In this document: positions 62,373 through 64,000 of the stretch, in pieces | Layout of the letters: each line of letters begins with the position of its first letter | Numbering within the stretch: position 1 is the stretch's first letter | Assembly: GCA_963707305.1 (NCBI GenBank) | Contig: CAVPPZ010000014.1 | Coordinates: forward strand, 1 to 64,000 | DNA from: an uncultured Candidatus Rokubacteria bacterium | Lineage (GTDB): Bacteria > Methylomirabilota > Methylomirabilia > Rokubacteriales > CSP1-6 | Reading direction: 5' to 3' | Length of the DNA stretch: 64,000 bases | Notes under the pieces: model-generated | The model's database searches: none | Told to the model about the DNA's origin: nothing | The model's input: only the letters and a program-made list of their open reading frames with translations | Translations under genes and position numbers: made by a program

Positions 62373-63429
62373 GCGAAGGCGGCGCTTGATCTCGTCGAGC
62401 GTGGCGACCGTCCACGGGTCGACACCGCGCAGCACGCCGAGGTAGTAGCTCGTCCACTGGCCGAGGTACGTGAGCGACAGGAGGCGGGCCAGCACGCCGT
62501 GGCCACGGCTCCGGCACTCCGACACGCCGCCCGCCGCCGGGCCGACCAGCTCGCGCAGGAGCGCGAAGCGCCGCGCGATGTCCGGCGCCTCTCGATCGTC
62601 GCGCAGGAGCACGAGCTGGAGCTCGCGCGCGAGCGGCGTGCGCCACGCCTCGATCGTGTTGTGGTTCATCTCGGGGATGGCGCCGGCGAGCGCGAAGCTC
62701 TTGGCGTTCTCCTCGAAGTCGGTCTTCCAGCGGTAGGCGACGGGGCCCGTCACGGGCCCGCCGTACACGGCGGGCCAGCCGAGCGCCGATCGCGAGCGCC
62801 AGCTGCTTCGCCTCGTTGCTCGCCGTCGGCCGCTCCGGGGCCAGCTCCGTCGCCGAGCGCGTCCACCACGGCCAGGGCCTCGTCGATCTCGTCGCCCGAC
62901 ACGACGTCGATGTCGCAGCGCGCGCAGGACGCGCGTGATCGGAAAGAACAGGTACCCGAGCGCCATGCGCGGCATCAGGCCCGGCGGGAAGCGTCGCCCA
63001 GGGCAGCTCGCGCTGCGCCGCGAGCGCGCCCAGGTCGCCGCCGGCGGTGACGATGACCAGCGGAAGCCCGCGGCGCCGCGCGGCATCGACGGCGGAGAGC
63101 ACCTCCGCGCTGTCGCCGGAATACGAGACCGCGATCACGAGGGCGTCGTCCCACGCGACCGACGGCAGCCCGTAGCCGCGGTGGACCACCACGGGGATCT
63201 CGACGCGATCGGCGGCGCAGGCGGCCACCAGGTCGCCCGCCGCGGCCGAGCCGCCCATCCCCGCGATGACGAGGACGCGCGGACGCTTCATGGCCGGCAG
63301 CGCGCGCAGCTCGATGGCGCTCGCGTCCCGGCACTGGACGGGAAACTTGGCGAGCACGTACCGGGCGCCGTGCGGATCGGCGGCGGCCAGCGCGTCCAGA
63401 TCGTCGAGGACGCGCGGGTCGCTATTCAC
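62364..63429 (-). CDS. bifunctional phosphoglucose/phosphomannose isomerase (archaeal-type SIS-domain PGI/PMI); frameshift near 63000
   Basis: GTG 63429 overlaps the rapZ 3' end. The N-terminus is (M)[15 protein letters not shown]...[18 protein letters not shown]...[14 protein letters not shown]. After a shift the product reads ...[26 protein letters not shown]..., the PGI/PMI family signature. Confidence 0.65.
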
Positions 63430-64000
63430 GATCGATGTCCCGGTGCACGACGCTCGGCGCATGCCCGATCGATTCGAGGAAGTGCCGCAGCTGCTCCACG
63501 AAGGTGACGGAGCGGTGCCGGCCGCCGGTGCAGCCGATGGCGACCGTCAGGTACGCCTTGCCTTCGCGCTGGTAGAACGGCAGCAGGAACTCCAGCAGCG
63601 AGCCGCAGGCGCTGGAGCAGCTCGCGCGCCTCCTCGTGGCCCAGCACGAAGTCCCGCACGCGCTGGTCGCGGCCGTCGAGCGGCCGCAGCCCTTCGACGA
63701 AGTGCGGGTTCGGCAGGAAGCGGACGTCGAACACCAGGTCGGCGTCGAAGGGAATGCCGTGCTTGAAGCCGAAGGAGACGAGCGAGACGGCGAGGCCGCC
63801 GCGCGTCTTCGGCGTGACGTAGCACTCGCCCAGCAGCGCCTTGAGCTGGTGCACGGTCTGCGCCGAGGTGTCGACGATGCGGTCGGCGATCTCGCGCATG
63901 TGCGCCATGGCCTTGCGCTCGGCGCGGATGGCGTCGAGCACGTTGCCCTCGGCGCCGAGGGGATGGCGCCGCCGGCTCTCGTGATAGCGCCGGACGAGGG
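63422..64000 (-). CDS. rapZ: RNase adapter protein RapZ (3' part; 5' end beyond window; frameshift near 63545)
   Basis: ...[48 protein letters not shown]... then after a shift ...[58 protein letters not shown]-stop (TAG at 63424..63422). Confidence 0.7.
   Translation of the reverse strand, partial: PSSGAITRAGGAIPSAPRATCSTPSAPSARPWRTCARSPTASSTPRRRPCTSSRRCWASATSRRRRAAASPSRSSPSASSTAFPSTPTWCSTSASCRTRTSSKGCGRSTAATSACGTSCWATRRRASCSSACGSLLEFLLPFYQREGKAYLTVAIGCTGGRHRSVTFVEQLRHFLESIGHAPSVVHRDIDRE

Noticed and set aside
63426-63941. An ATG at 63462 as the start of the PGI/PMI gene
   Set aside because: That ATG lies inside the rapZ C-terminal coding sequence (...[18 protein letters not shown]-stop at 63422). 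The isomerase more likely starts at GTG 63429 or shortly after.

Overview
This is a very GC-rich chromosomal segment (third codon positions are almost all G/C) from a diderm bacterium: it carries LptF/LptG, an RND efflux system, outer-membrane beta-barrel genes and a lytic transglycosylase. I can support roughly 65 protein-coding genes. I found no rRNA, tRNA, CRISPR array, transposase, integrase or phage genes.

Gene content:
- Conserved housekeeping genes: dnaE-accA, guaA with a CBS-less IMPDH-family gene, birA, valS, lptFG, metK, murB, miaB and panE.
- Central-carbon genes of 'archaeal' type: a class V fructose-1,6-bisphosphate aldolase/phosphatase and a bifunctional PGI/PMI.
- A stretch of accessory-looking genes: tungsten-type aldehyde:ferredoxin oxidoreductase, TauD, MaoC, MarR-MFP-RND, a pectate-lyase-like beta-helix protein, GT4, PaaK, and several small secreted Tyr/Pro/Gly-rich proteins.

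Main observations:
1. Two genes carry an in-frame TGA exactly where a redox Cys is expected, so both look like unannotated selenoproteins. One is a SelW/Rdx-like gene (CxxU) and the other a Bcp-type peroxiredoxin (U at the peroxidatic position).
2. A family-1 encapsulin operon is present. An encapsulated ferritin-like cargo gene with a C-terminal targeting peptide is coupled by an ATGA overlap to the shell gene, and a Rieske ferredoxin gene diverges from it.
3. A family of GC-rich palindromic intergenic repeats (G6...C6 stems, often ending CCCCCATGTCA) recurs at least 10 times. Two copies have ~20-bp terminal inverted repeats and look like MITE-type elements wedged exactly between convergent stop codons. 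Some copies supply the C-terminal codons of adjacent ORFs.
4. Frameshifts are pervasive. More than 30 single-base frame changes interrupt otherwise well-conserved genes, including essential ones (dnaE, accA, metK). They cluster at 41-48 kb and 58-64 kb, while long genes such as valS, guaA and the RND permease are intact. This pattern points to assembly or consensus indel errors rather than gene decay, so every gene model here needs frame correction.

The long 'ORFs' in the six-frame track that overlap real genes on the other strand or frame are GC-skew artefacts.
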